A DNA stretch of 64,000 bases, from contig CAVVEU010000024.1 of assembly GCA_963747235.1 (NCBI GenBank), positions 448,001 to 512,000 of the forward strand, written 5' to 3'. Origin of the DNA: an uncultured Candidatus Rokubacteria bacterium. GTDB taxonomy: Bacteria; Methylomirabilota; Methylomirabilia; Rokubacteriales; CSP1-6. The notes under the pieces are model-generated. The model searched no databases, was not told where the DNA came from, and saw only the letters and a program-made list of their open reading frames with translations. Positions 1 to 10,596 of the stretch are shown in pieces; position 1 is the stretch's first letter, and each line of letters begins with the position of its first letter. The position numbers and the translations under genes were made by a program.

Positions 1-224
1 GCTCGCTCGGCTGGCGCGCCACCGTGGATGGACGGCCGACCACCATCTACCCGGTCAACGAGGCGTTCCAGGGGGTGGTGGTGCCAGCCGGCCGGCACGT
101 AGTGCGCTGGCGGTTCGCTTCACCCGGCTTCTTCGAGGGGTGGGTCTTCACCGGACTCGGGATCGTGCTGGCGGCCCTTGCCATCTGGCGGAGCCGGCGA
201 GTGGGGAGAGTCCGCGGTGCGTGA
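1..224 (+). CDS. YfhO-family membrane protein (GT-C-like), C-terminal fragment
   Basis: GWRATVDGRPTTIYPVNEAFQGVVVPAGRHVVRWRF followed by a final TM helix matches the YfhO C-terminus; truncated by the window edge. Confidence 0.7.
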   Translation, partial: SLGWRATVDGRPTTIYPVNEAFQGVVVPAGRHVVRWRFASPGFFEGWVFTGLGIVLAALAIWRSRRVGRVRGA

Positions 225-1242
225 TTGCCTTCTCGTCGTGGCGCTCCTCTTACTCGCCGCCGGACCGGCGCACGCCGGCCAGGCCTGTACCGGCGACGGT
301 GCTTCGCGGCGCGACATCACCGAGCTGATCGAGCCCGCCCTCACTTTTCCGCTGGGCCTCGCGACGGCGCCCGACGGCGCAATCTGGGCGGCGTCGACCT
401 TCGCGGATCAACTGGTCCGCCTGGAGCTCGACTCCGGTCGGATCAGCGTGGTCCAGTTGCCGCTCCGCTCACACCCGGTGGGGCTGGCCGTCGATGACCA
501 GGGACGCGTGTGGTTCGCCGGGAGTGGGGTCGGTCTGGTCGGCCGCATCACTCCGGGAGTTGCGCGCGCCGCTGAGTTTCCGCCGCCGACCTTGTTCTTC
601 CCGGGGCGCAGCATTCCCTCGCCCACCGGGATCGCGCTCGACAAGCGCAGCGGGCAAGCGTGGTTCACGCTCGGTCCAGGCTCGCTGCTGGGAGCGGTCG
701 CGCTGGCGGCGGAGGCGGTGCGGAAGGGTACGGTCGTCAAGGAGATCGTGCTGGGAAGCGAGGCGGCGCGGCCGGAGTCCATCGCCCCGGATCCCCGGGG
801 CGGTGCCTGGATTGCCGAGCTTGCGGCGGACGCTCTTGTTCACATCGAGCCCAATGGAAGCATCCGGAGGATGGCGCTGCCTGCCGGAAGTCACCCGCGC
901 GGGCTCGCGACGGCCCCGGACGGGGGTGTGTGGGTTGCGCTGTTCGGGACGCATCGACTCCTGCGCGTGGATCCCTGGTCTCTCTCGATCCGGGACTGGC
1001 CGATGCCCTCCGGTCCGCGGTCGAACCCCTACGCGGTCGCGGTGGACGCGGATGGGGGCGTTTGGACCAGCGAATTCACCGCCAATACGATCACCTGTTT
1101 CGACCCGATCCGTGAGCGGTTCATCTCCTGGGATGTGCCGACGCGCCGGGCCGGGGTACGGGCGCTGACGGTCGATCGAACGGGCCGAATCTGGTTTGTG
1201 GGCAGCTATAGCGGCCGGCTGGGCGTGGTGGGGCCTCGATGA
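217..1242 (+). CDS. Secreted Vgb (virginiamycin B lyase)-like beta-propeller protein
   Basis: GTG at 217 after GGAGAG; signal peptide MRDCLLVVALLLLAAGPAHA; repeated P-x-G-[IL]-A-x-x-x-D-G-x-[VI]-W blades. Confidence 0.75.
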   Translation: MRDCLLVVALLLLAAGPAHAGQACTGDGASRRDITELIEPALTFPLGLATAPDGAIWAASTFADQLVRLELDSGRISVVQLPLRSHPVGLAVDDQGRVWFAGSGVGLVGRITPGVARAAEFPPPTLFFPGRSIPSPTGIALDKRSGQAWFTLGPGSLLGAVALAAEAVRKGTVVKEIVLGSEAARPESIAPDPRGGAWIAELAADALVHIEPNGSIRRMALPAGSHPRGLATAPDGGVWVALFGTHRLLRVDPWSLSIRDWPMPSGPRSNPYAVAVDADGGVWTSEFTANTITCFDPIRERFISWDVPTRRAGVRALTVDRTGRIWFVGSYSGRLGVVGPR

Positions 1243-1247
1243 CCCCG

Positions 1248-1256
1248 TGATAGGAT
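1248..1256 (+). promoter_or_regulatory. Extended -10 element (TGa TAGGAT), leaderless-type
   Basis: TGATAGGAT lies 9 nt before ATG 1266; no SD sequence. Confidence 0.4.
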
Positions 1257-1265
1257 GAACGCGCG

Positions 1266-2227
1266 ATGATGCTGTCCATCGTGATTCCGGTGCTCAACGA
1301 GGATCGGAACATTCCCGAGCTCGTGCGCCGACTGCAGCACGTACTCGATCCCGCCGGCATCTCGTTCGAGATCGTCTTCGTCGATGATGGCAGCACCGAC
1401 CGGACTCCCGAGATCCTCCACGCGCTGCACGCGGAGGACGATCGGATCAAGGCGGTGCACCTGGCCCGAAACTTCGGCCACCAGGCGGCCATCGCGGCGG
1501 GGATGCGCGCGGCGGCGGGCGATGCGGTGGCGGTGATGGATGGAGACCTGCAGGATTCCCCCGAAATGATCCCGATCTTCCTCGAGCGATGGCAGGCCGG
1601 TTACGACGTCGTCTACGCGATCCGGGAGCGGCGGGCCGAGTCCTGGCCGAAGCGCCTCGGCTACCGCCTGTTTTACCGCCTGCTTGCTCGCATCAGCCAG
1701 ATCGATATCCCGCTGGACAGCGGCGACTTCTCGCTCATGAGCCGCCGCGTGGTGGACGTCCTCAACGGGATGCCGGAGCGGACGCGCTTCGTGCGCGGGA
1801 TGCGAAGCTGGGCGGGATTCCGCCAGATCGGGGTCGATCACGTTCGGGGCCCGCGTTTCGCGGGAGAGGCGAAGTACACCTACGGGCGGCTCGTGCGTCT
1901 GGCCCTTGACGGGTTCTTCGCGTTCTCGTATCGCCCGCTCCAACTCGCTTCACTCTTCGGGGTCGCGGTGTCTGCCCTCGCGCTTGCGCTGGCGGCGGGT
2001 CTTGTAGCGCTCAAGCTCAGCCACGGGATCCCGCTCGTGGGCTGGACCTCGCTGATGGTCGCGGTGCTGTTCATGGGGGGTGTCCAGCTCATCTGCGTCG
2101 GCATCCTGGGCGAGTACATCGGCCGCATCTACGAGGAGAGCCGGGGGCGCCCGCCCTATCTGGTAGCCCGGGTCATCGGCAAGACGCAGCTCGGGGAGGG
2201 ACCGCGGACGGCCCGCGGACACTGTGA
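1266..2227 (+). CDS. GT2 polyprenol-phosphate glycosyltransferase (GtrB/CsbB-like)
   Basis: LSIVIPVLNE, VDDGSTD, RNFGHQAA, MDGDLQD, two C-terminal TMs, GEYIGRIYEE..RPPY. True stop is probably TGA 2225-2227 (GTGA overlap); the ORF run-on to 2600 is attributed to an indel. Confidence 0.88.
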
Positions 2228-2975
2228 AGGACGAGCCGGAGAAGCAGGCCCGGTACTTCGAGCTCGGGGAGACGTACTTCTGGCTGGCATCCCAGAACGA
2301 GATTGTGGAGCGCGAGCTCGCCCCTCGCCTGGACCGCCTTCGAGGGGGCCTGAAGCGGCCGCTGCGGATCTTCGATCTCGGCTGCGGCCCCGGAAACATG
2401 CTCCGGCGTCTGGATCGACGCGGGCTGGCGTACGGCTCCGACTTCTCGCTCGACGCCCTCGCGTTCGCGCGGAGCAAGGGTCTTCGGCGCCTGCTCTCCA
2501 GCGACTCCACCGCGTTACCCTTTGCGTCCGACTCCTTCGATTGTGTGGTGGCCCTCGACGTCCTAGAGCATATCGAGGACGACGCCGCGGCGTTGCGTGA
2601 GATCTCGCGCGTCATCCGGCCGGGCGGGATCTTCCTCTTCGCGGTCCCCGCGTTCCCGCGCTCTGGCGGCACCACGACGTCATGTACGGGCACTTCCGTC
2701 GCTATCGCCGGCCGGACTTCGTGGCCCGGGTGCGCACGGCAGGCCTGGTCGTGGAGAGCTGCCGCTTCTTCAAGTGCGCCTTCTTCCCGCTGCTCCTGCT
2801 GCTGGCCAAGCTCGAGCGGCTGATGGCGTCGGTAGCAGAGCCGCGCGACAATTTCTACGGGGTGCCGTCCTGGCTCAACGGGATGCTGTCGAGGGAGATC
2901 GTCCTCGAGGAGAGGACCGGGCTCACCCGCTGGATGCCCTTCGGAGTTTCGCTCCTCTGCGTCGGTCGCCGGTAG
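2224..2975 (+). CDS. Class I SAM-dependent methyltransferase (frameshift ~2660)
   Basis: IFDLGCGPG, LPFASDSFD, DVLEHIEDD; continues in ORF 2682..2975 (GHFRRY). Confidence 0.85.
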
Positions 2976-2977
2976 CC

Positions 2978-4160
2978 GTGGCGCCGGCGCGCACGATCGG
3001 CGTCGTGACGGTCGCCCGCTCGGACTACGGCCATCTGGTCCCGCTGCTCGAGGGATCCGCGCGCGCCCCGGGGCTCGCGCTCCAGCTCTTCGTGGCGGGC
3101 GGCGCACCTCTCGCCGCGCTTCGGGCGCACCGTGACGTGATCGAGGCGGACGGCTGGCCCATCACCGACCGGATCGAGACGACCGGGCGCGTCCGACGCG
3201 CCGGCGGACGTGGCCGCGGCGGCGGGGCGCGGGCTCGCGGCTTCGCCCGCGCCTTCGCGCGCCGCCGGCCGGATCTGATCGTGGTGCTCGGCGACCGGCT
3301 CGAGATGCTGGCCGCCGCGGTGGCCGCGCTGCCCGCTCACGATCCCGGTCGCCCACATCCACGGCGGCGAGGTGACCGAAGGGCGCGATCGACGAGCAGA
3401 TCCGCCACGCCATCACCAAGCTCGCCCACCTGCACTTCCCGGCCGCCGAGCCGTACGCGCGCCGCATCCTCCAGATGGGCGAGGAGTCCTGGCGGGTGCA
3501 CTGCTGCGGCGCGCCCGGCCTCGACCGGCTCGCCCGGCTGGCGGTCGTGCCGCGCGAGGAGCTGGCCGCGCGCGTCGGCCTGCCGCTCCGGCGGCCCGAC
3601 CCTCCTGGTCACCTTCCATCCGGTGACGCTCGAGCCGGGGACACCGAGGCGCACGTCGAGGAGCTGGCCGCCGCGCTCGGACGCGATGGAGGGCGACGTG
3701 ATCATCACGTACCCCGGCGCCGACACCGGCTACCGCGACGGTCGATGCGCCGCCTCGAGGCGCTGGCCGCCGCTCGCGCCCGGACACGCGGATGGTCGCG
3801 GCCTCGGCGAGGACACCTACTGCTCGCTGCTGCGCGAGGCCGACGTGATGGTCGGCAACTCCTCGAGCGGGCTCATCGAGGCGCCGTCCTTCGGGCTGCC
3901 CGGTCGTCAATATCGGCAGGCGCCAGCGCGGGCGGCTGCGCGCGGCGAATGTCATCGACGTGGGCCTGCGCGGGACGAGATCCGTGGCCGGCCTGCGCCG
4001 CGCGCTCGATCCCGCCTTCCGCGGCGGGTCTCGCGGGCCTGCGCAACCCCTACGGCGACGGCCACGCCGCGCCGCGCATCGTCCGGGTCCTCGCCGACGG
4101 TCGAGCTGGGCCGGCGGCTCGTCCGGAAGCGTTTCGTGGACGGTCCGGGCCGTCCGATGA
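2978..4160 (+). CDS. neuC: Hydrolysing NDP-sugar 2-epimerase, NeuC/LegG family (several frameshifts)
   Basis: ARSDYG, VLGDRLE, HIHGGE, IRHAITKLAHLHF, TFHPVT, GNSSSGLIEAPS, NPYGDG spread across frames. Confidence 0.88.
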
Positions 4161-5429
4161 CGATCGCCTTTCTCGCCTCGCGCAAGGGCTACCTGAAGGT
4201 CATGGGCTCGCTCATCCAGGCGCGCGCTCGACCGCGGGCACCACGTGGTGCTCCTCCGCGACCCGGCGCAGGAGAAGCCGGGCGAGGCGACGACGGACTC
4301 GGACTTCGCGGCCTGGCCGGCCGCGAGCGTGGTCGACTATCGGTGGGGCGCCCCGCTTCGGCCCCGTGCTCGAGGCGCACGGGTTCGCGCGCTGGTCGGG
4401 CCCTCGCTCCACTGCGTCCTGATGGCGATGGGACGTGCGGACGAAGTCCGGGAGCTGAAGCGTCGCGGCCTTCGCCTGTACTCGGTGGACTACGCGCTTC
4501 GAGACGATCACCAGCGACCCCGACGGCTATCGGCTCATCGACGTGACGTTCTATCAGAGCGAATTCCAGCGGGAGCTCCACTGGCGCCAGCCTCATTACT
4601 CCGCCTGGACCGGCGACTTCGCGGTCCTGCGCGGGGAGATCGACCTGGAGTCGCGCAGCGCGGTCTCCGGCTCGACGATGCTCGACCAGCGGGAGCTCGT
4701 CCGGGATCGCGCGGCGGTGAAGCGAAAGTACGGACTACCGGTGGACCGGCCGATGGTTCTGTTCATGTCCATGAAGATGGACGTGGGGAACGGCACGAGC
4801 GCGGGGGAACGACGTCTGCACTGGGGCGGAGGGCCCGCGCTGTTGCGAGTCGCGAGGGCGTGGTGGGCGGCCGGGCCCAGCTCATCCCCGGGATCCGCAA
4901 GGGCAACCCGCATCGCGCGCTCGCGGCGGCGGTTCGCGAGTTCTGTCGGCGCAACCGGGCCACTCTGGTGGTGAAGTCCCGGGAGAAGAACCGGGATCCC
5001 CGATTCGTGCGTCGCATGGCCGACCGCCTGGTCAAGCGCGACGACGAGGTGTATCCGTATACGTCGATGCAGCTCATGTCGGCAGCCGACCTTTGCGTTC
5101 ATTTCCAGAGCGGGGCGGTCCTCGAGGCCGCCTTCGTGGAGTGCCGTCACTCAGCGTCAAAGTGGCGCCGCCGTTCGATCGGGACAATCCGGCATTCGAA
5201 GAGCTTTGGGACGCGAAACCCGGCAGCTTTCAGAACTGGGCCGGTGTGGTCTGGTCAGCGGATATGCGCGGCGCGTCGGCGCTCCTCGCGGGGCGAGGGC
5301 TGAGCGACTTCGCCCTCGACCCGGAGGCCCAGCGCGACTACATCAGAGCGCTACGTGGGCTTCGGCGACACCCGCAGCAGCGAGCGCGTGCTGGACGTCA
5401 TCGAGCGGGAGGCCGCGCGCGCAGGTTGA
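4157..5429 (+). CDS. Hypothetical GT-B-like protein, candidate ulosonate transferase (frameshifted)
   Basis: ATGA-coupled to neuC; LVVKSREK, SAADLCVHFQSGAVLEAA, ...SSERVLDVIE C-terminus resemble GT-B/TagF-like folds. Confidence 0.5.
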
Positions 5430-6292
5430 TCTGGGATGCGAACACGACGCCCAGCGGGTTGTCGTGCGCCTTCGCGTCGAATTGCTGCTGCAGCTCGCGG
5501 AGGCGCTCGGTCTGCTGGAGCACCTGAGGGGGCAGCGGCCAGAAGTGGTAGTAGTTGACTGCCTCGACCCCGAGGCCGAACAGGCGCTGCAAGCCGCGCG
5601 GCGAACTCCGGGAGAATGACCCGCCGGGTCTTGACGATGTCGCGCTCGCTGGAGATGCGTCCAGCGTACGAGGCTTCGGTGGTCTTCGCGGGCAGGGCCG
5701 CGTTGGTGAGCGAGAGCCCGGAGCCGGTCGGCCTGCTCGCGGGCTTCCGCGTCCGTCTCGGCGAAGGCGGCCGAGCACGTGCCGCTCGTAGAATTCGACG
5801 GTATAGCGGTTCAGGGTGACGAGGTCGGACAGCAGGTTGCCGACGCTGACGCACAGCGAGCCGGTGGGCTTCAGGGCGCGGGCCGCCGCCCGGAAGAAAC
5901 GGTCCTCTTCCTCTTGGGTCAGGTACGCCAGCACGTTCAGGGCTGTCACCACGTCGAGCGAGGCGGGCCGCGACGACTCGAGCGCGGCCACGTCGCCGAC
6001 CGCGATCGCGCCGGGGTCGAGCCCGGCCTCTCGTAGCGCGGTCTTGCCGAGCTCGATCAGGTTCGGCGACGGGTCGACGCCCCTGGATCGAGAAGCCGCG
6101 GCGAGCCAGGGAGATCAGGTTGTCGGCCGAGCCGCAGCCGAAGTCGAACAACGTTCCCGGCGGCGCCGGCAGGAGCAGGTTGAAGGTGCGGAATCGCTGA
6201 TCGTGGTACGCGGCGCGCGTCTGCATGTAGACGGCGGCGTTGCGATCGTAGTACGTGAGGCCGCTCATCGCGTCAGGGCGATCGTCGGACAT
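5398..6292 (-). CDS. Class I SAM-dependent methyltransferase (frameshifted)
   Basis: LFDFGCGSA, GVDPSPNLI, LDVVTALNVLAYL, ALKPTG. Confidence 0.8.
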
Positions 6293-6296
6293 GGAC

Positions 6297-6532
6297 CTAG
6301 TGTCCTGGCGCACCGGGGCCAGGTGGCCGGGCGATGAAGGGGCCTCGACGAAGCGACGCAGGCAGATCAGCAGATCACCGAGGCAGCCGGTGCAGAGTTT
6401 TCCGGTGCGCTCCTTCCCCGGCAGCGGCCAGTGGCCCTGTCGGCATGCAGCTCGGAGCTCGCCGATGGTCAAGGTCGTGCAATAGCAGAGGAGCAGGGGA
6501 TCGAGCTCAGCCGGATCGACGTTGGGGATCAC
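6297..6532 (-). CDS. BFD-like [2Fe-2S]-binding small protein
   Basis: LLCYCTTLTIGELRAAC...TGKLCTGC = C-x-C...C-x2-C BFD pattern; GTG overlaps the upstream TGA. As sequenced it reads in frame into the methyltransferase. Confidence 0.7.
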
Positions 6533-7238
6533 TTGAAGTAGCTGAAGAGGTGATCGAAGAGGAGCAGGTTGTCCGTGGCAATGTGCGGCCGACCACGTAG
6601 GTCGCAAGCTTGAAGAGGGCCTTGACCTCGACCCGCTCCAACGGACGGTTGCCCTGCGTCGAGGCAATACCCACCTGGGCATGAGCCTTGGGCTCGAGAC
6701 CGATATCGGTGACGACTCGCTCGGCGCCATAGTAGGCGAAGAGCTGCGCCTGGGCGGCCGCAAAGCGAGAAAGGTTCCCGAGCAGGATCGAGTACCGCTC
6801 GGCGAACGTCCTTCTGGGAAACAGATAGACCTCGAAGTTGTTGATGCCGGTAGCGCCAATGCGATCCGGGACACCACCCAGCACCGCGTTCACCGCATAG
6901 TAGAGAGGGGCGGTCGATGAACCGCGCCGATGGAGGTAGGCGTAGTGATGCGGTCGGTAGGGGAAGACGCGCTCGTCGTACCGCGCGTCGAAGGTGATCA
7001 TCACCCGGCGACGGCCCGACATCAAGGGACGGGCGAGGGCGCCGAGATCCAGAATCTCTTGGGTCGCGTCCACCGCCTCGCCGCCCAGGCGGTCGCCGCG
7101 GTCGCCGTACACGACGATATCGAGCGCGGCGAGATGGCGGCGGGCTTCGGAATCGCGCTGGTGCACGAGCTCCACGAGGTGATCGTCTCCATCCTCGTAA
7201 AAGGTGGCGGACAGGAGAGCCGAGAGACTACTTGACAT
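6529..7238 (-). CDS. Hypothetical protein (indel near 6575; inferred C-terminus DNLLLFDHLFSYFK)
   Basis: Protein-like 240-aa ORF coupled to both neighbours; no family recognised. Confidence 0.7.
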
Positions 7239-7998
7239 GCATCAGCGACAGCGGCCCCGCGAGGTCCTTGGGCCCCGCGCCGACGAGATACAGGTTGAAC
7301 CAGGCATTGCCCTGCAGGCGTACACGTCTGACCGCCAGCGCTCCCGGATCCGGCCTGGCAAACTCGGCCACGTCGAGCGTTCGCGAACCCATGGGCGGAA
7401 TGGTGAGGAGACGCCGGGCCAGGAGCCGGTCGCTCTCGCTCGCGACGATCCGGACGCGATTGGTGACGTTGGACAGGTTCATCACGAGCAGGTAGGAGCG
7501 ACTGTCGGCCCCCATGTACACATACTGGTCACGGCGGAACGCGGGAATCGTACGGCCACCGAAGGCCAGGAGGCGGCCGAGGACCGCCATGAGCAGCCGC
7601 GTCCGGATGGGGTACAGTTCGATGAACTCGTAGCGCCCGTGGGTCGCGGTGTAGGTATCGCGGTGAGACAGCGTGACGTACAGGTCGGAGTGGAGTTGCG
7701 ACACGTCCACGGTCACGAAGCCACAGCCGGCGGGAGTCGGCTCCATCCGCAGTTCCGCGGTATCGAGGCTGTTCGGGAGGGTGACGTCGTACGAGCGAAC
7801 GAGCGAGCCGTCGGCGTCATACTGCCGCGCCGTGGATGCGAACGGTCCCTGGGTATATCCCTGCTTGAAACGAGCTTCCACGTTGTTGATGAGCACGGCA
7901 CAATCCAGGCCAGGGCGAGTGAGCCAGGGCAGATAGTACGTGGAGACGCGCTCGACGCCGAGCAAGCTCCGGGCTAACGCTCGAAGGGAGAGGGCCAT
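7228..7998 (-). CDS. Hypothetical beta-rich protein
   Basis: Intact 256-aa ORF with natural composition and its own promoter; no family recognised. Confidence 0.75.
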   Translation of the reverse strand: MALSLRALARSLLGVERVSTYYLPWLTRPGLDCAVLINNVEARFKQGYTQGPFASTARQYDADGSLVRSYDVTLPNSLDTAELRMEPTPAGCGFVTVDVSQLHSDLYVTLSHRDTYTATHGRYEFIELYPIRTRLLMAVLGRLLAFGGRTIPAFRRDQYVYMGADSRSYLLVMNLSNVTNRVRIVASESDRLLARRLLTIPPMGSRTLDVAEFARPDPGALAVRRVRLQGNAWFNLYLVGAGPKDLAGPLSLMHVK

Positions 7999-8004
7999 CG
8001 AGAG

Positions 8005-8033
8005 AGCCTAGGCCTCGGGTTTCGAGGTGTCAA
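8005..8033 (-). promoter_or_regulatory. Sigma70-type promoter TTGACA-N17-TAGGCT, leaderless
   Basis: Minus strand: TTGACA (8033-8028), 17-nt spacer, TAGGCT (8010-8005), 6 nt, ATG 7998. Confidence 0.7.
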
Positions 8034-8752
8034 GCGACCCGCCACGAGAGCCGGCCGCCCAAGCCACCCAAGAGCTCCGCAAGGGCAAAGTCCAGCTCCG
8101 AGTCGATGTTGACCGAGGCCTCGCGCGGCATGACGTAGGGCGCGGTGGCTCGCGGATAGAACGTGCGCTGCGCTCGCAGCGCCGGAACGTGGATGGCGTA
8201 GATGCTCCCATTCGGCCGGTAGGCTCGCGGCAGATCCTGGCGGTGATCCACCGCGGCGCCCTCCGGGAAGAGCCAGGACAGCCGCCGGTTCTCGACGGAG
8301 AGCATCCAGTACGGCGGGTAGTCCGGCTCGGTCACCGCCACCACCGCCTCCGCGGCGGGGTCGTCTCGGAGCACGTCGAGGGCGCCCCGGATGTGCTCGG
8401 CCCGTCGGAGCGGCGCCGTCGCGGGCAGCAGCACCACCACGTCGGCGGCGAAGCCCTCGTGCCGGGAGAGCCAGTCCACCGCGTGGAGCGCCACGTCCAC
8501 CGTGGAGCTGCGGTCGCCCGCCAGCTCCGCCGGCCGCACGAAGGGCGCGGGGCATCCCGCCTGCCGTCCCGCGGCGAGGATGTCGGGATCCTCGGTGGAG
8601 AGGACCGTGCGGCTCAGCGCGGAGCAGGCGAGCGCGGCCTCGATGGTGTGCGCGACGAGGGGCTTGCCGGCCAGGGGCAGAAGATTCTTGCCGGGCAGCC
8701 CCTTCGAGCCGCCGCGCGCCACGATCACGCCCAGCACCGTGAGGCCCGTCAT
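8030..8752 (-). CDS. neuA: Acylneuraminate cytidylyltransferase (CMP-ulosonate synthetase) 1
   Basis: ARGGSKGLPGKN, PFVRPAELAGD, YRPNGSIY, SVNIDSELD. Confidence 0.92.
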   Translation of the reverse strand: MTGLTVLGVIVARGGSKGLPGKNLLPLAGKPLVAHTIEAALACSALSRTVLSTEDPDILAAGRQAGCPAPFVRPAELAGDRSSTVDVALHAVDWLSRHEGFAADVVVLLPATAPLRRAEHIRGALDVLRDDPAAEAVVAVTEPDYPPYWMLSVENRRLSWLFPEGAAVDHRQDLPRAYRPNGSIYAIHVPALRAQRTFYPRATAPYVMPREASVNIDSELDFALAELLGGLGGRLSWRVA

Positions 8753-9886
8753 CGCGCGAACCCGGCGCGGGCCAGGCCTGCCTCCGCCAGCGCGGTGGTG
8801 ATCAGGTCGAGCCGCGCCTCGCGCGGGAGCCGGCGGCTGGCCTCGTGGAATCGCCCGCGCTCCGCCGGCGCGAGCGCGCGGGCGAGCAGCGGCTCGACGT
8901 CCTCCGGCCGCTCGGCGACCAGGCCGAGGCCGGCGTCGACGCCGTCGGGACTGCTCTTGCCGGTGTACTCCCGCAGGAAGCGCCGGATCTCCTCGGTGGT
9001 GAGCAGGAACAGCGTCGCGCCGAGGGGATCCCGGCTCCACGCGCCCAGGAATGCGTAGTCCATGCTGCAGTGGGAGAAGGGGGTGGCCACGACGTCGCAG
9101 GCGCAGAGCCAGGGCTCCACGTCGCCCTCGGCGGCATCCCATACGCCGGACCCCGGCGCGGCGGAGCACGGCGGCGTGAAGGGCGAACGCTTCCCGGAAC
9201 TTCGGGTGCTCGCGAAGGAGGACGAGAGGCTTGACCGCTCGCCGGGTGAGGGTGTCCGCGAGGTGGCCGAACGCGGCCTCATGGCCGGGGATCTCGGCGG
9301 GCTGGGCGAAGAACCCGAGCACCGGCTGTCCCGTCGCGGCGCCGATGCGCTCGCGGGTGCGGGCGCGGAGCCGCGCCACGTCCAGGCCCGCGTAGGCGGC
9401 GTGGCGGAGCGAGCCCACCGCGACCGCGGCCACGCCGAAGCGCTCGCGGGTGAGGCGCGCCGCCGCCTCGTCCCGGACGAAGTAGGTGCCGGCATACGCG
9501 CGGCCGACCGCATTGGCGTCACCCGGATAGTCCTGGAGCGCGAAGGTGGGCCGCCCGGCGGCCCGGGCCAGCAGGGCTTCGTCGAGGCCCACGCCGAGCG
9601 AGGAGACGCCGACCAGCAGCACGTCGGGGTCCACGTCCCGGATCAGATCCCGGGCGGCGTCGAGGATCGGCGTGGGATCACCGTCTGCCGGTACGTGGGT
9701 GGAATCGCCGGCCGGGGAGAATCGAATCGGTCGCTCGCCGGCCGCCTCCAGCAGATCGAAGGCCGGTCCGCTCGCGGCGACCCGCACCTCGAGGCGCGCG
9801 TCGGCGCGCAGGGTGGGACAGAGCGCCCGGATCTGGGCGGCGCCGCCGGGATCGCGCGCGGAGACGAGGACGCGAACCGCCCTCAC
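8749..9886 (-). CDS. Hypothetical GT-B-like protein between the two neuA genes (frameshift ~9150)
   Basis: VSARDPGGA, FALQDYPG, LREHPK, LCACDVVATPFS; coupled on both sides. Confidence 0.55.
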
Positions 9887-10596
9887 GGCTTGGCCAGGCC
9901 CGCCGCCACGACGGCTTCGGCCAGCGCCCAGTCCTCCGGCGTGTCGATGTCGATCCCCTCGATCGTGTCGGTGGGCAGCGGGCGCAGCCGGGGCGGGAAG
10001 AGTCGCCGGTGCGTGGTGAGCGCCGCGCGGGTCACCAGGTAGAGCGTGCCGTTCGGGGTGAGGAGCGGCCGCGCGTCCTGGCGGCGCGTCACGTCGTCCC
10101 ACGCGGCGAGGGGCTCGAGGCGCCCGCCCGCGTCCGCGCGATACATCACCGAGAGGCTCCGCTCGATGCGGCGGACCCCGATCACGCCTTCGGTGTCGGG
10201 CTGCGCCAGCAGCTCCAGGGCCTGACGCAGCCGCTCCGGCCGCCGGAAGGGACAGGTCGGCTGCAGCAGCATCACCGCGCTGGCGGTCCACCCCGCGTTG
10301 GCCTCGAGCCAGCCGATCGCGTGGTCCACGACCTCCAGCATGCCGGCCGCGTCGGTGGCGAGCTCGGGCGGGCGCAGGAACGGCGCGTCGAGCCCGTGGG
10401 CGCGGCCGACCTCCGCGATGGCCGGCGCGTCGGTGCTGAGGACGGCGCGGCCGGGCAACCCGGCCGCCGCGATCGCGCGCGCCGTCCATGCGAGAAGGGG
10501 CAGGCCGCCCAGGGGCCGCACGTTCTTGCCGGGGAGCCCCTTCGAGCCGGCCCGGGCCGGCACGAGGATCAGGAGACCTGGTGCCGGAGCGCCCAC
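9883..10596 (-). CDS. neuA: Acylneuraminate cytidylyltransferase 2
   Basis: PARAGSKGLPGKN, FLRPPELATD, LLQPTCPFR, IDIDTPED. Confidence 0.92.
   Translation of the reverse strand: MGAPAPGLLILVPARAGSKGLPGKNVRPLGGLPLLAWTARAIAAAGLPGRAVLSTDAPAIAEVGRAHGLDAPFLRPPELATDAAGMLEVVDHAIGWLEANAGWTASAVMLLQPTCPFRRPERLRQALELLAQPDTEGVIGVRRIERSLSVMYRADAGGRLEPLAAWDDVTRRQDARPLLTPNGTLYLVTRAALTTHRRLFPPRLRPLPTDTIEGIDIDTPEDWALAEAVVAAGLAKP

Noticed and set aside
217-1242. Streptogramin B resistance gene vgb
   Set aside because: Has a signal peptide; the fold is widespread and catalytic residues were not verified
1266-2600. 444-aa extended GT2 ORF
   Set aside because: The tail is an off-frame reading of the methyltransferase gene; a GTGA overlap at 2224-2227 marks the likely real junction
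2978-5429. Pseudogenes (neuC and neighbour)
   Set aside because: Motifs intact and only indels seen, consistent with sequencing error
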